Below are positions 1-13,739 of a stretch of DNA of 64,000 nt, one piece after another. Position 1 is the stretch's first letter; each line of letters begins with the position of its first letter. Location of the stretch: the NCBI GenBank assembly GCA_963693365.1, contig CAVNZM010000005.1:6331167-6395166 (forward strand), written 5' to 3'. This stretch comes from Amoebidium appalachense. Lineage: Eukaryota; Protista; Ichthyosporea. The notes below the pieces were generated by a model. It worked only from the letters and a program-made list of their open reading frames with translations. It did not search any database and was not told where the DNA came from. The translations under genes and the position numbers were made by a program.

Positions 1-111
1 ATCATTCCGAAATCCGGCCAGGGGGCATGATCTTAAAAAAATTCTGATTTTTAAATTTTCCGGGGGCGAAATCTTAACGGCGACGAATCTTAATGGCGGA
101 CGGTGTCTGTA
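1..111. mobile_element. Possible right end of a Tc1/mariner/pogo-like DNA element (partner end outside the window)
   Basis: Ends ...cggtgtCTG|TA at 109-111 (reverse complement TA|CAGACACCG), with repeated subterminal 'aatcttaa' motifs. No matching left end was seen. Confidence 0.25.
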
Positions 112-769
112 TTTACTGCGAAATTCCCAGCAATGGCAACACATGCACCAGAGGAGAGGTGCCGCAAGCACCCGTATACGTGCATAGTAATAAAAGTGGG
201 ATACACATTGATGATCGTCAGATTTGCATATTTTGTGATATGCTCAGTGAGCATGTGAGATAACCCTACTTTGTGTTATCTTGGCCACACTTTGTATGAG
301 TTGAGATGATACTCCAGTACGCACTACCGATACACAAGTGCTTGTGAAATACTGCCACCTGTACCAACATGTATGCATATTTGAGATAAACATTACCTTG
401 TGTGTGAGATAGGCTGCACTAGATATGCGAAAATTGTGTTTTCGGGTTGAACACACATTTCAAAGTTCATTGTACTTCTTCAATTTCTTTTCTTTTCTTT
501 TTTCCCTTCTTTCTTTCTTTTTCTTTTTCTTCTTTTTTGGTTACAGTTCGAGGAGTGTGGGAGGGGGAGGGGGGGAGGGGGGGGGGGGGGGGGGGGGGCC
601 TAAAGCGCTACAGGCGCACGCGCGCGCGCGTGTGTTGGAGGGTGTCCATTTTATACACACACACACACACACACACATAAAATCTCTCTCTTTCTCTCTC
701 TTTTTCACTCTCTCCCTTCCTGCTCCCATCACTCATTGACAAGTCCGCCGTGTCTCTATCTCAACTCCC

Positions 770-800
<31 letters not shown>

Positions 801-810
801 ACGCTCTCTG

Positions 811-812
<2 letters not shown>

Positions 813-881
<69 letters not shown>

Positions 882-890
882 GATCTCTCT

Positions 891-930
<40 letters not shown>

Positions 931-936
931 CTCTCT

Positions 937-1023
<87 letters not shown>

Positions 1024-1033
1024 CTCCCTCTCT

Positions 1034-1077
<44 letters not shown>
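813..1077. repeat. (CT)n microsatellite
   Basis: Directly visible, with a few 'agat' interruptions. Confidence 0.95.
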
Positions 1078-1080
<3 letters not shown>

Positions 1081-1198
1081 CCCCCCCCCCCCCCCCCCCC
1101 CCTCCTTCTTTCTCTGGATCTATGTATGTTGAACTGATACAAAACACGTGAACAGCATGCCGATACTCAATCACACTACCCTGTTCACGCGAGCACGA

Positions 1199-1483
1199 GT
1201 GTGTGTGACGCTGTGTGTGTGTGTGCGTGTGTGTGACTGTGTACTGTGTGTGTTTGTGTGTTTTTGTGTGTGTGTGTGTGTTTGTGTGTGTCTGTGTGTG
1301 TGTCTGTGTATCTGTGTGTGTGTGTGTGCGTGCGTGTCTTTTTGTACACATGTGTGTGTTTCTGTGTGTGTGCGTGTGTCTTTGTGCGTGTGTGTGTGGC
1401 ATGCACACAGTGGTGTGTGTACACGCGTGCCGCGCGCGTGTGTGTGTTTGTCTGTGTGCGTGTGTGCGTGTGGTGTGTGTGTT

Positions 1484-1577
<94 letters not shown>
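1199..1577. repeat. (TG)n microsatellite, degenerate at the 5' side
   Basis: Directly visible. Confidence 0.95.
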
Positions 1578-1581
<4 letters not shown>

Positions 1582-1988
1582 CACATTTATTTATGCTGTG
1601 ACACATAGGGTACGCTCGTAAATTCAATTGTAAACCGAGGTGACCCGCGTCCCACTTGGGACATCATCTCGTCTGCAATAACGTCTGCAATCGGTTCTTC
1701 CACATCATGTATCAAACTAATCAGTCAAGGTTTGGCGAAGACTGCATATCTTCCAAAAGCTAAAATGGTGATTTCTCATACACGAAGGGACAGCCCCTTT
1801 GAATGCCTATTATTTTGTATATCGACGTTCAAACATGTGTTTTTCGGATGCCTCAGTGTTGTTGTTTTGGGTTGGGCTATCGCCCTTTGGCCAATCGTAA
1901 CGGACAATTTCTTAATCGTAACGGGTGGGTTCTTGGGGAGCTGCAAGCCCCGCCTAAAACGCCTCTCCAGTCGCAAAACTCAAAATAC

Positions 1989-2294
1989 GTGGACTTCACT
2001 TTCACTTCGATCTCTTGGCTGTCACGTCAACTTTTTTTTCCCGATTCTTCACCATGGCAGGTATATAAAGGCTTTCGTTTCCTCTTTTTGTGGACTTCAC
2101 TTTCACTTCGATCTCTTAGCTGTCACGTCAACTTTTTTTACCGATTCTTCAACATGGCAGGTATATAAAGGCTTTCGTTTCCTCTTTTTGTGGACGTTAC
2201 TTTCACTTCGATCTCTTGGCTGTCACGTCAACTTTTTTTTACCGATTCTTCACCATGGCAGGTATATGAAGTCTTTCGTTTCCTCTTTTTGTGG
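1989..2294. repeat. Tandem repeat, 3 x ~100-101 bp
   Basis: Unit 'gtggacttcactttcacttcgatctcttggctgtcacgtcaac...ctttcgtttcctcttttt' starts at 1989, 2090 and 2190 with few substitutions. Confidence 0.95.
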
Positions 2295-2569
2295 TGGGAG
2301 GGAGTCCCACTCAGGGGAACGTGACTGCAGCGTGTGTGGTGTGGCCTGGTGTATTCCTACTGCTGTGAGAGTGTGGGGGCATCTCCCTTTCGCGGAGTTT
2401 CTCGCTTGAGAAGTGGTTTCTTCAACGCCTGGTGGTCCACTGCAACCTATGGTAACTTCTACACGCTGTCTACGCTTCTACGCGACCTATTGGCGGTGGG
2501 CTGCTGCAACTTCTTCAGCTACTTCTGCGCTGTGTGAGTGGAGGGGCGGCTACTTGGTCGTCGGGGAGC

Positions 2570-3056
2570 TTTCCAAGTGACTGCCAGTCCTTAGCCTCCA
2601 GTCGTATGGCAATGATCGGGTTTGCTTGCATGCATTCTGTAATTGTGTTTTTCTGTGTGTCCTGCCACAACTAGGCCACCTTATCAGAGAGCTAGATGCA
2701 GTTTCTCCGGGTTATCTAGGGGCCGGGCCCGTTGGGATTGTTTTTTAGCTCAGATTTGGTCTGCATTGCTCTTTTATATTTAGAGGCTGACTTGCTTGCT
2801 GTGCCTCGGTAGGTTTTGAGGGGGGCCTGTTGGGAAGCAGCAGTAATGATGTCTTCTTGCGGAGTGTGGTCTGGTCAACATCGATGCACATGACTAGTTG
2901 GAGCAAACTAGTTTCACGCATACACGTACACTTAAGGTTTTGCCCGCTGGTGTCCTTTGTCACTTGTCGCTTTATTTTTATTTCGTAGCTTTGGCTTTTT
3001 TCAGTTCTATTGGTGGTTATCATAGTTAGCCTTTGGCTGCACGTTGCCTTCATCAA
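2570..3056 (+). repeat. Dispersed repeat A, copy 1 (possibly the 3' end of a non-LTR retroelement)
   Basis: Near-identical to 43214-43681, from 'tttccaagtgactgccagtcc' to 'cacgttgccttcatcaa'. Followed by an A-rich stretch. Confidence 0.9.
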
Positions 3057-4095
3057 ATCAAACCGAGTCAAAAGAAAAAAATGCGTGTTTTTACAAAATG
3101 AGAACCGCAAGATTACAAGCCCTGGAAACTTATCGGGGCTCGATATTGCACATGAGAACTTCCGCTGTAGATATGTTCTTGGGGGGGAATGTGCTGTTCT
3201 TGAACAGAAATATTGGAAAATAGGAAAATTACATATTCAAGCGTTTATAATGCTACACACCTGATACGAAAGCTGTTACGACGGTACCCTGACCTTATTC
3301 GTATCGGGGTCTCTCGTTAATCGTAGTTACGACGATTTTTTTTCGTAATCCCTAGTCCCTACCCTGGACTTCCTGCATCAAAAAATGTATGGAAGAACGT
3401 TTTAGGTGTATCTGTTGGTGGATCTATGGTGCGACATAAGCCAATGGTTTGGCTCCAGCCCATTCGACCGTTGACCTTTAGTCAATAACATTTACTAGTT
3501 TTTGATTGGTGAACTAAATAAGCCACGCAATACAATAACAAGCCGGTCTTTGGACCCTCCTGTTCCCGTTGCTTTCAAATGATTCGTCCATATTACCAAC
3601 GAAAAAAAAAAAGGTTTTTATAAACTTTATATTACAACTCCGGCCTTGTTCCAGCGCAAACGGCTTAATAGAGAGAAAAAATGAGCTGTTTGTTTGCATA
3701 AATAACCGTCACAACAAGCTTCTAACACTCAAACAGAAAGCCAATGATCGGTTGGATAAGAGTCACGTACTGTAGCTGACTTAAAGTAATTGGCTCAAAC
3801 TAAAGAGTAGTGTAAAAATACGGGCTTAGAAGAGCTACCAAAGCAGATAAATGCGTACACTTACAGCCCGCCAATAGTTTTATATTTGGGCCACAGTACT
3901 CGATGTTTATATATATATAAATGTAAGCAAACAATGCACAAAATTCTAAAGAAATTTGGCTGTGGGGAAGTTGCAAACGTAGGCCTGTATGAATTGCTGG
4001 GCTTGCGGGAGAAGATTGCATGCCTCGAGCATAGAGCCAGTTGATTGGCTCAATAATGAAGAGCGACCGGTGACGGGCAACCAAGGCCCGGCGGT

Positions 4096-5585
<1,490 letters not shown>

Positions 5586-5994
5586 CCGGGGGTGTGCACC
5601 GAAACGTTACTGAAGAAAACTTGTCCGATTGAAGTTTATACAGCTACGTAACCTATGATAGTGCTACATGCATACTGTGTTGTGTGTAGTACACAGTAAC
5701 ACGTTTTTTCTTTTATGGAATATGTTGCAAACACATGACTTCTACGTATGCACTTACCAACAGACAGCTGTAGCCAGCCGGAGCATGTAGGCTGATATGC
5801 ATTGCAGTGCAAAGTTTGCACTCGTAGATCTATTATGACCCAAGCTTTCATTGAAAGTCAACATCTCTCAAACAGTTTCGTCTTTTTAGCTTTTGTGCCA
5901 TAAAGCTGCCTTCTTAGTGACAGGATTTTAAAATACTTCAACTACCCGCTAAATTCCAGTCATGAGATAACGCTTTCATCAGCTCAACAGCAAG

Positions 5995-6912
5995 ATGCCA
6001 GCGCTTGGTAGAGTGAGTGATTCCACGGGGGGAATGCTCGTAGTAGAAGCGAGTGACCTTCTACGGGTGGAAAAGGTGGGGAAAAGTTCACGCACGCCAA
6101 AGCTCCGGCGGAGTGAGAAGGCCCTAGACACGGTCTATACTTCTATACGAAAACACTTCTGGCACAAAAACGGGTCTAAGAGCGAACAAGCACCCGCAGA
6201 GAGGCAAGCATCAGACACGTCTCTTCTAAGTCAGGGGGCGGAGGGCCAGGTGCAGATGGTAGAGTTGACCACGGAGGCGGAAATAGGATTTAGCCCTTTC
6301 TCACCCAAACATGGAAGGAGGGAGAAGAAGGGGACGGAGGGAAATAAACTCTCGCCGCTCTCTGACCACACAACCGTTGCAATGGATGACATGACGAAAC
6401 ACATCACGCGGTCAAAAAGCACCAGGAGTTTAAAGGTGCAGGCACCACTGCACGAGCGCATAGGCAGTTTGAGCCATCAGCTATCGCTCTCTGCGTTGAT
6501 CCACGGCGCCGGTAGGATCTCTAGGGGAAGAACGCTTCTAGAAGGCACGATCGACATTTTTCTTCGCCCAGGGGTAAGGAGAAAGTTAGAGCAACAGCAA
6601 AGCACGCAGCAGAGCATGGTCTTCCCATCCTCGCAGCAAGTAGCAAGAAACCACACAAACAGCAAAGAGGCACTGCGCGCAACAAACACACAGCTCACGC
6701 TGAGACTAGCACGAAGGAACCAGGTAAAACTGATTCGTTCACTGCCTGCCATCAGTATGCCGAACACAAACGACGTTCCTATTGGTCGAGCGGGTGTCTG
6801 GGCGGTGAGCCCCGGCGGACGGAAACGAGCATTGGGGAGTAGGGCAAAAAGCCCGAGTGGTGGCGGGCCCAGTCCTTTGGCAGTTAAGTCACTCAAGCTG
6901 CTAGGAATGTGA
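5995..6912 (+). CDS. Hypothetical protein, 305 aa, basic and Ser-rich, probably disordered
   Basis: ATG-initiated, non-repetitive 918-nt ORF. No domain recognised. Confidence 0.5.
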   Translation: MPALGRVSDSTGGMLVVEASDLLRVEKVGKSSRTPKLRRSEKALDTVYTSIRKHFWHKNGSKSEQAPAERQASDTSLLSQGAEGQVQMVELTTEAEIGFSPFSPKHGRREKKGTEGNKLSPLSDHTTVAMDDMTKHITRSKSTRSLKVQAPLHERIGSLSHQLSLSALIHGAGRISRGRTLLEGTIDIFLRPGVRRKLEQQQSTQQSMVFPSSQQVARNHTNSKEALRATNTQLTLRLARRNQVKLIRSLPAISMPNTNDVPIGRAGVWAVSPGGRKRALGSRAKSPSGGGPSPLAVKSLKLLGM

Positions 6913-7573
6913 TGTGTGTGCATTTACCATTCATCTGTACGGTGCTTGTGGTAACACACGTGCGAATTGGACCAGGTGTTGTAGTTTTTTCGGGTGGGCT
7001 TGTTGGGGCTAAACTATCTTGCAGCTTGTTTAGTTTATTCGTTGGGCTCGAACGTTAAATGCGTAGGTTAAAGGTAGAGCCGACTTTAAATGCGCGAATG
7101 AAGTACAAGTGAGGATGAGGTTGAGCTGCTCCCTCGTCACGGTGATTGACAGTCATCTAGATCTAGAGTTAGCCAAGAATGGTTTGAATATCATAGATTC
7201 TTCTTTTAAAAAAACCCACAGGCCGAGTATCTCGTAGTTTACAACCAAAGGGGTCCGTGATGAGCAAGAAGCCTGACATGCGGATCGGCATCACATTCTT
7301 GGCATGTTATAAATACTGTAGGAGGCCATGCAACTTGTGAATAAGATTATAGTAATGGCGAAACTCTGTATGTGTATGTCCTAGCCACAACATGCCACTG
7401 GTTATGGTCACGATCACAATGATTATCGAGGTTTACGACTGCCAGGTGAACTCCAAAAATAGAAATATGGATTGTATCATGACTGTGATGTATTATGTGT
7501 TCAAGTGGCATGTGCGGTGTGCATGGAGGCCCGCGGCAGGGGCGCCGGGGCGGAAAGGCGGGGGGGCACGTAT

Positions 7574-7627
<54 letters not shown>

Positions 7628-9510
7628 CTCTCTCTACAATCGGAAATCAGAGTCTGACATGCATGCCAAGTAAGGCCGATGCCACAGCGGATACCCAATC
7701 ACTGTCCAACAAAGGCCTTCCAACCTGTAGCTACATACCAGGCTGCAGCTGAGCCTAGGCCTTGCCAACGGTACTGTCAGTGAAGTTGTCACCCGGGCCG
7801 GCCTGCAAGTGTTTTCCGATGATTTGTATGCATCACCAGGCCAATAACGATTACTATGGCGATGGGGCTTGCGGCCAAAAAATAGCCAAGCTGCATTATT
7901 ATGATATCGATGCTGAGTCACATACACTGTACAAGTGTTTCCGGTGCACGGTGTACATGCATGGCACACTGATCATGACTTGTTGTGTTCACTTGCATTC
8001 CTCTCGGACACCCGGGTCACCCGGCCGGCGCCGGCCCGGCGCCACCGGATCCGGCGCGTGATCATGGCATGCGCAGAGTAAGTCTGGCCGTTGCTGAGCC
8101 TGAGTCGGGCGGCTCACGGTGGGTTCCATAAGAGCGTAAGTAATTTGCAAATGCCTTTCATTACGTAGGTCTCCATATGTTTCTCTAACCATGATTGCTG
8201 TGTAGCTTGGATATTGTAGGTATGATGATCATGTGGCACCTCAAAACACTGACGACCACGTGCTTGTACAGTAGGTACTGCGGCTCGCACACCTCGCATG
8301 CCTTGACGCGTGTGTGCTAAAAATATGTTCAACGATTGTTCCTATTGGTTCAGACATCACCAAAGGTAAACCCACGCTAGGGTATCCAAAACCATGATTT
8401 CAACAACTGAATAAAAAGGTTATACGATAGCTTTTGATGTCCAATATGCAATAGTCATCCATAAATTTAGTAAATCTATAGACGAATAAAGGCTAAAATT
8501 ATTTTTTAGCCTTTTTGCCATAATAAAGCACTTATTCGCCTCTTAATAATGGAAATGTTGTACAACGACACCGCCTACCCTCTGATTTGATTTTTGAAAC
8601 CCCCGTGAATGGTCCGTTCAAGGAGTGTAGGAGGTTAATAGCTGACCAATCGGAGCTTGAGAGCTCAGATCCATGTTTTTTGGAGCAGGCCCAACAAACG
8701 CCGAACGAGCCAACCGGATTCCCAGGACGCACACTCCTTCACTAATTTTGAAGCTAGAAAATTACGAGGAAGGTCACCCGGTGGCAGCACCTTCAATACC
8801 TTATATTATAACTACGCAATAAAAAGTGTGTAAACCCCTATTATAACTAATTGCTTATGATCACTTTTGCCTCATTTTAGCCCACCCATAAAAGTTTATG
8901 CGATATCATACCTGTAATTGTTTTTGCTGGGATACGGCTGGGATGTCGTTTACCTTCTTTGGTGCGCCAGGCACGCAAAAGCGAGCGGTTGTCGAATCAA
9001 AACGCAGTGTCTTTTTACACAGCTCATCGGCGAACCAGAATGTTTCTTTACCCAAATAGTCATGTATTTATATCACCGCAGACAGTCGTTTTAGCCAATC
9101 AAGTGTCACGGAATACGCGCGAATCTTAATATTTTTCCGACGCTCACGCCCATCCGCTCGCAATGCTCTAAAAACGAAAAAAAAAAAAAGAAAGAGAGAG
9201 AAAAACGTTCAAAGAGGGTTCACTTGGGTTTCTTTTTATTCCTTCTGTGGCAGTCGGGTGTGTTTCCCGCTGCCATATGCATTTCACTTTCATGTGTGCA
9301 TTCCAGTTACCTAAGCTTTATGCACATCTTTTCATCCACCACACTTGGGCGTGGGATTTAGCAAAAGCTCCTTAACAGAAGTTTATGTGCTCCCACACGG
9401 TCAGCCATTCTCTGTTAGCCTGCGCCCATGTTCTGCCCTGTTTTCGTGACCCACACAATTCCACACGTTGAACAAACGCAACATTCCACAAATCCTTCAG
9501 CTAGCACGGC

Positions 9511-9900
9511 ATGCTAGCACCTTCTCTTGAGAAAATGGTCCTGTATCAACTAATTAACCTTCCGAATGAAGTTCACGGTGACCTGAGTTTTGCTCGGTTC
9601 AAGTGCCATTCCCCACGCGCATCCCCTCTTGTGGGTTCCAGAAAGCCATCACGCATCTCGAAGGTTCGTTTTGCACAAACTGTGCACGTTGCCGAGACCT
9701 ACAGCTCTTCAGAATACGATCGAACGTGCTCGATCCTTGTAGATCTTTCGAAGTTGACACCCTCGGAGCTTCAGGCACTACGGCACGATATACTTTCGTG
9801 CAGGGTGAGGAGAGATGGGGTGGCTACCCCTGTCGAGGTCATCTTCTATACTCTGATCGCTGCCGGAACGATGTTGTGGTTGAACTATTTCGCTGTTTGA
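9511..9900 (+). CDS. Putative small PP1-interacting protein (neurabin/Phactr/Bni4-like RVxF-PhiPhi-R motif) with hydrophobic C-terminus
   Basis: Contains KVRFAQTVHVAETYSSSEYDR...LTPSELQALRHDI. This resembles spinophilin/neurabin [23 protein letters not shown] and the Phactr YDRR...LT..D...IR.EL segment. The 3' end could be spliced (gtgagg donor near 9805). Confidence 0.6.
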   Translation: MLAPSLEKMVLYQLINLPNEVHGDLSFARFKCHSPRASPLVGSRKPSRISKVRFAQTVHVAETYSSSEYDRTCSILVDLSKLTPSELQALRHDILSCRVRRDGVATPVEVIFYTLIAAGTMLWLNYFAV

Positions 9901-10076
9901 GCACCTTGGGGACCAAGTATATGTAACGAGCAAACGAACTCCCCGGGCCCTTTTTTTTTTCGTACGTTTCACTCTGGTGTAGTTCCTGGGCAGCAACATG
10001 TCAAGTGCACACCAGCACACACTACATTTTTGAGCGTTTTACGTTATCTTTTTCAGAATCGACAAGTATAAAGACG

Positions 10077-10201
10077 CGCTTCTAATGAGCTACAAAGGTA
10101 TGCGCGGCAACACGGCGGGCCTAACTTTGTTATGTATTCGCTTCTAATGAGCTACAAAGGTATGCGCGGCAACACGGCGGGCCTAACTTTGTTATGTATT
10201 C
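10077..10201. repeat. Perfect tandem duplication, 2 x 62 bp
   Basis: 'cgcttctaatgagctacaaaggtatgcgcggc...ttatgtatt' starts at 10077 and 10139. Confidence 0.95.
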
Positions 10202-11426
10202 TGCATTTGCTGTGCGAAAGCTCTGTTTGTAGGGCTAATGATAGTAACAAAATGCAATGAATGAACGTAAGTCAACACAGAACGGGTTTTTACCACACTG
10301 TTACTAGTGGTGTACACCTGCGCAGACATCTACCTTGCAACGGAGTCTGTCGAGAAAACAATCTTTTTGCATTGGATGGTGGGTCTGGGTAGTTTTTAGA
10401 TCTCACCTTAGCCTAGTATGAAGTAACCAGTTGTTGACCAAGGTTACACTTCCTGTTTAAAGAACTACTGTCCTATTGTAATAGATTTTTTATTTTCTTT
10501 CTTGTTCTCTTGGAGGAGCCGTAGGAAAGGGCGTCACACTTCACCATGTCAATACCCTCTCTTCTTTGGCTTTTGTGAGATTCAGTATTATGGTTGTGAA
10601 AAGAAAGGACATGCAGTTCTTTTTGCTTTAATAGTTAAACGTTAAACGATGAATTGGCACTTTGATTAATTTTGTATAATTTCAAGCAAGACGCAGTTGT
10701 CACAGTGTAAGTTACTGTTTGAAAAACTTGCTGCTGTTTGATCCCATTCTAACAGCAATCACATACCCACAACCACATTCAATTTCTGGTAGTCAATAAC
10801 GATGGCTTTTTCATTGGCCGTTGCTGTAAGGGCTGGTCCCTTACTGGAAGCCGGACTGAAAGCTTTGGCCAAAAAAAAAAAGAAAAAAATCAATGAAACC
10901 AAACTGTTGACCAGAAGTAGTATCATACAACCTCTGCATGATTGACGGTATGATACGGAATGGTAATAGAAGTTACAGCATGCATCATTGGGGAGGCTCG
11001 ATCACGTCACATGCCCACATGTGATTGCCCGTTTTCCACAGGTGCACCTCAGTATAGTAGCGTTGTACGGCGATGGGCACGGTTGTGCACGCTTGCCCAC
11101 ACATATACACGGAAGGGCCTGAGGGAGCTCTAGAGGCTCACAAGCGCACACTTGTGGTGCATGTTTCGGAAGTCTGAAAGATGATGCAAACTCTTTTCTC
11201 CCACCAATGGGCTAAGTCTCAGTAACTTAGCGGCAACCACGACTGTGTCCTTTGGATTATTGGTACCATTGCATAGTTGTGTGTTGTCCAAGGTTGTAAG
11301 AGTAGGAGCACTTCCAAACAAATGTGCATCATCTGAACTTTCGTATATCAACCCTTATAGAAGCTCTGTCAAGATCCGCCTTGGAAGCTCTTCCTAAGCG
11401 TATCTGCAAACAAAAGCGGCGGCGGG

Positions 11427-11496
<70 letters not shown>

Positions 11497-12773
11497 TTCT
11501 CCTTCTTTTTCTTTCTTTTTCTTTTTTTTCTTGACTTCATTTTTTTTCAAGATCTTTTTTCCTTTCTCCTTCGCCTTTCTTTTCCTCTACTTTTTCCTTG
11601 GTGGGAGAAGTTGGCGTCCGGGCCCGCATGAGGGGAGGGGGAGGGGGAGGGGGTCATCTAAAAAGAAAAGGTAGCCAATAGAGCACTGAATGCAAAAGGC
11701 CTGGGGGTAACACGGGGAGACGAGGAGAGGGGCTCTGACTAGGGATTGCAAGGCTTGAATCTCGAATTCTTCTTTTAGATGATTGGGTGTGGTGCCGGTA
11801 GACCTTGAGCTTCACACGTCATCGGCTAAAAGTTCAGTGTCCACGAACAGAAGTAGACGTGGCAGGGCAAATGCAGAGGGGCTGCACATAAATGCACTCG
11901 AAGAACAACTGAGAAGACGGAAGGTCGAAACGGAGATAGAGAAGGGAAGCAGAGTGGGGGAGGGGGGGGGAGGGGAGGAGAGGGGGGGGAGAGGGGGTGG
12001 AGGGGGGGGGGGGAGGGGGGGGCTTGGGGGTGTGTGAATGTTTGTGTCTGTGTGTGTGTGTGTGTGCGTGTGTGTGTGTGGGACTTTGTTTGTGTGTGTA
12101 CATGTGTGCATGGGTATGTGTGTCTCTTGTTGTGTGCGCACACACGCGTGCGTGTATGTGTGCGTGCACATGCGTGTGCGTACCCATGTGTGCCTCCGCA
12201 AGAACGGGGGGTGAAGGGGAGGGGAAGGGGGGGGGGGGGGGGAGGGGGGGGAGGGGGGGGGGGGGGGGATGTTTAACTTGGGAGAATGTAAAATCCCATA
12301 TGTGTACATGCAGCTTGTATAATTGGTGGCTGATTTTGGGAACCGGGTCCAAAATCAATTCATAGATCACGGGCAATAGCACATACAGCCGCAGGCCACA
12401 AAGAAATGAGCCTAGACCAATGAAAAAAGCGGTTTAATAGGAAAATCTATAGAAACATACACTCCAAAAAGTCAAATACTTTCTCGAGCTCTGGCCACCG
12501 AACACAAACACAGTTCTCATGCTTATAAGACGGCTAGCTAATAGTCACGGCCAAATTCTGCCACTTGATCCTCCCTTATGGTTATTTCCCTTAAACCGGG
12601 AAGAAAACCTTACGACCACAAACGCCAGTCTGCTACTGAATGGCTATTTGCATTACTACCATTATCATTTTTAACACCCATGTGGGCCGTACTCAAGCCA
12701 TTGGTATATATCCTCTTGCCCATGGATCCCCCCTTCCCCTCTCTCCCTCCTCCCCCTCCCCACCCCCCTCTCG

Positions 12774-12810
<37 letters not shown>

Positions 12811-12947
12811 AAAAAAAAAAAAAAAAGTCGATTTCTTCCATGTGTTGTCTGGATATGGGTGTGTGCATGTACAGAGTAAACGTTTGGAATGAGCAGGCAC
12901 CTAGGCGTGTGTGCCCCCGATGATCATTCATGTGTGTGTGTGTGTGT

Positions 12948-13032
<85 letters not shown>

Positions 13033-13130
13033 GGTGCCAGTGTGGATGTGTGTGTGTGTCTCTGTGTGTCTGTGTGTACGTGTCTGTGTACGTGTGTGTG
13101 TCCGTATGCGCACACGCCGACCCACACCCA

Positions 13131-13183
13131 CACCCACACAATCATCCACAAAAGGCGTGCTTTTGTGGACGATTGTGTGGGTG
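13131..13183. repeat. Inverted repeat / hairpin, 24-bp stem with 5-nt loop
   Basis: cacccacacaatcatccacaaaag-gcgtg-cttttgtggacgattgtgtgggtg, with one mismatch. Confidence 0.9.
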
Positions 13184-13695
13184 CACGTGTGGGTGTGCGT
13201 GTGGAGGTGCTTGTGTGCAGGTGTGTATAATTGGCCAATACACGCTAACTTCTTCCATTGTACATCACATCCCACCCGTCGAGACTATCAAAAGCCCGAA
13301 AATCCCATGCAAATCCCCCTGAAAAACCCCACTCAGCGTATGGTATGTCCTTGCAAAAACCCCACATTCCATTGTTTATTTAACCCCGTATAGATACCTT
13401 TTCGCTATGGACGCTGGCGCCTCTGCTCGTCCCTCTGCACAGAAAGAGAAACGTAAGAAACCCAACCGGATAACGGTGAGAATGAATGTACACAAACCGT
13501 GGGCAAAGCCTATCCAGGACTTGCACGAAGGGACACGGGAGGGGTGAAAGGGGGGGGGGGAGGGGCGGAGGGAGGGGGAGGGGGGAATGCCAGACCTACT
13601 TGGCAGCACAGAAGAAGTGCCAGATTATCCGAGTACAGTGTTTGATCGATGGGCATTTGTGCCTCTGTTAAGAAGAAGGGGAAGAGAGAGAGGCT

Positions 13696-13739
<44 letters not shown>

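Noticed and set aside
1989-2294. CRISPR-like appearance of regularly spaced repeats (also 26302-26502)
   Set aside because: Units are contiguous tandem copies with no unique spacers, there are no cas genes, and the context is eukaryotic.
1732-2409. 225-aa ORF
   Set aside because: TTG start, and largely made of the 100-bp tandem repeat.
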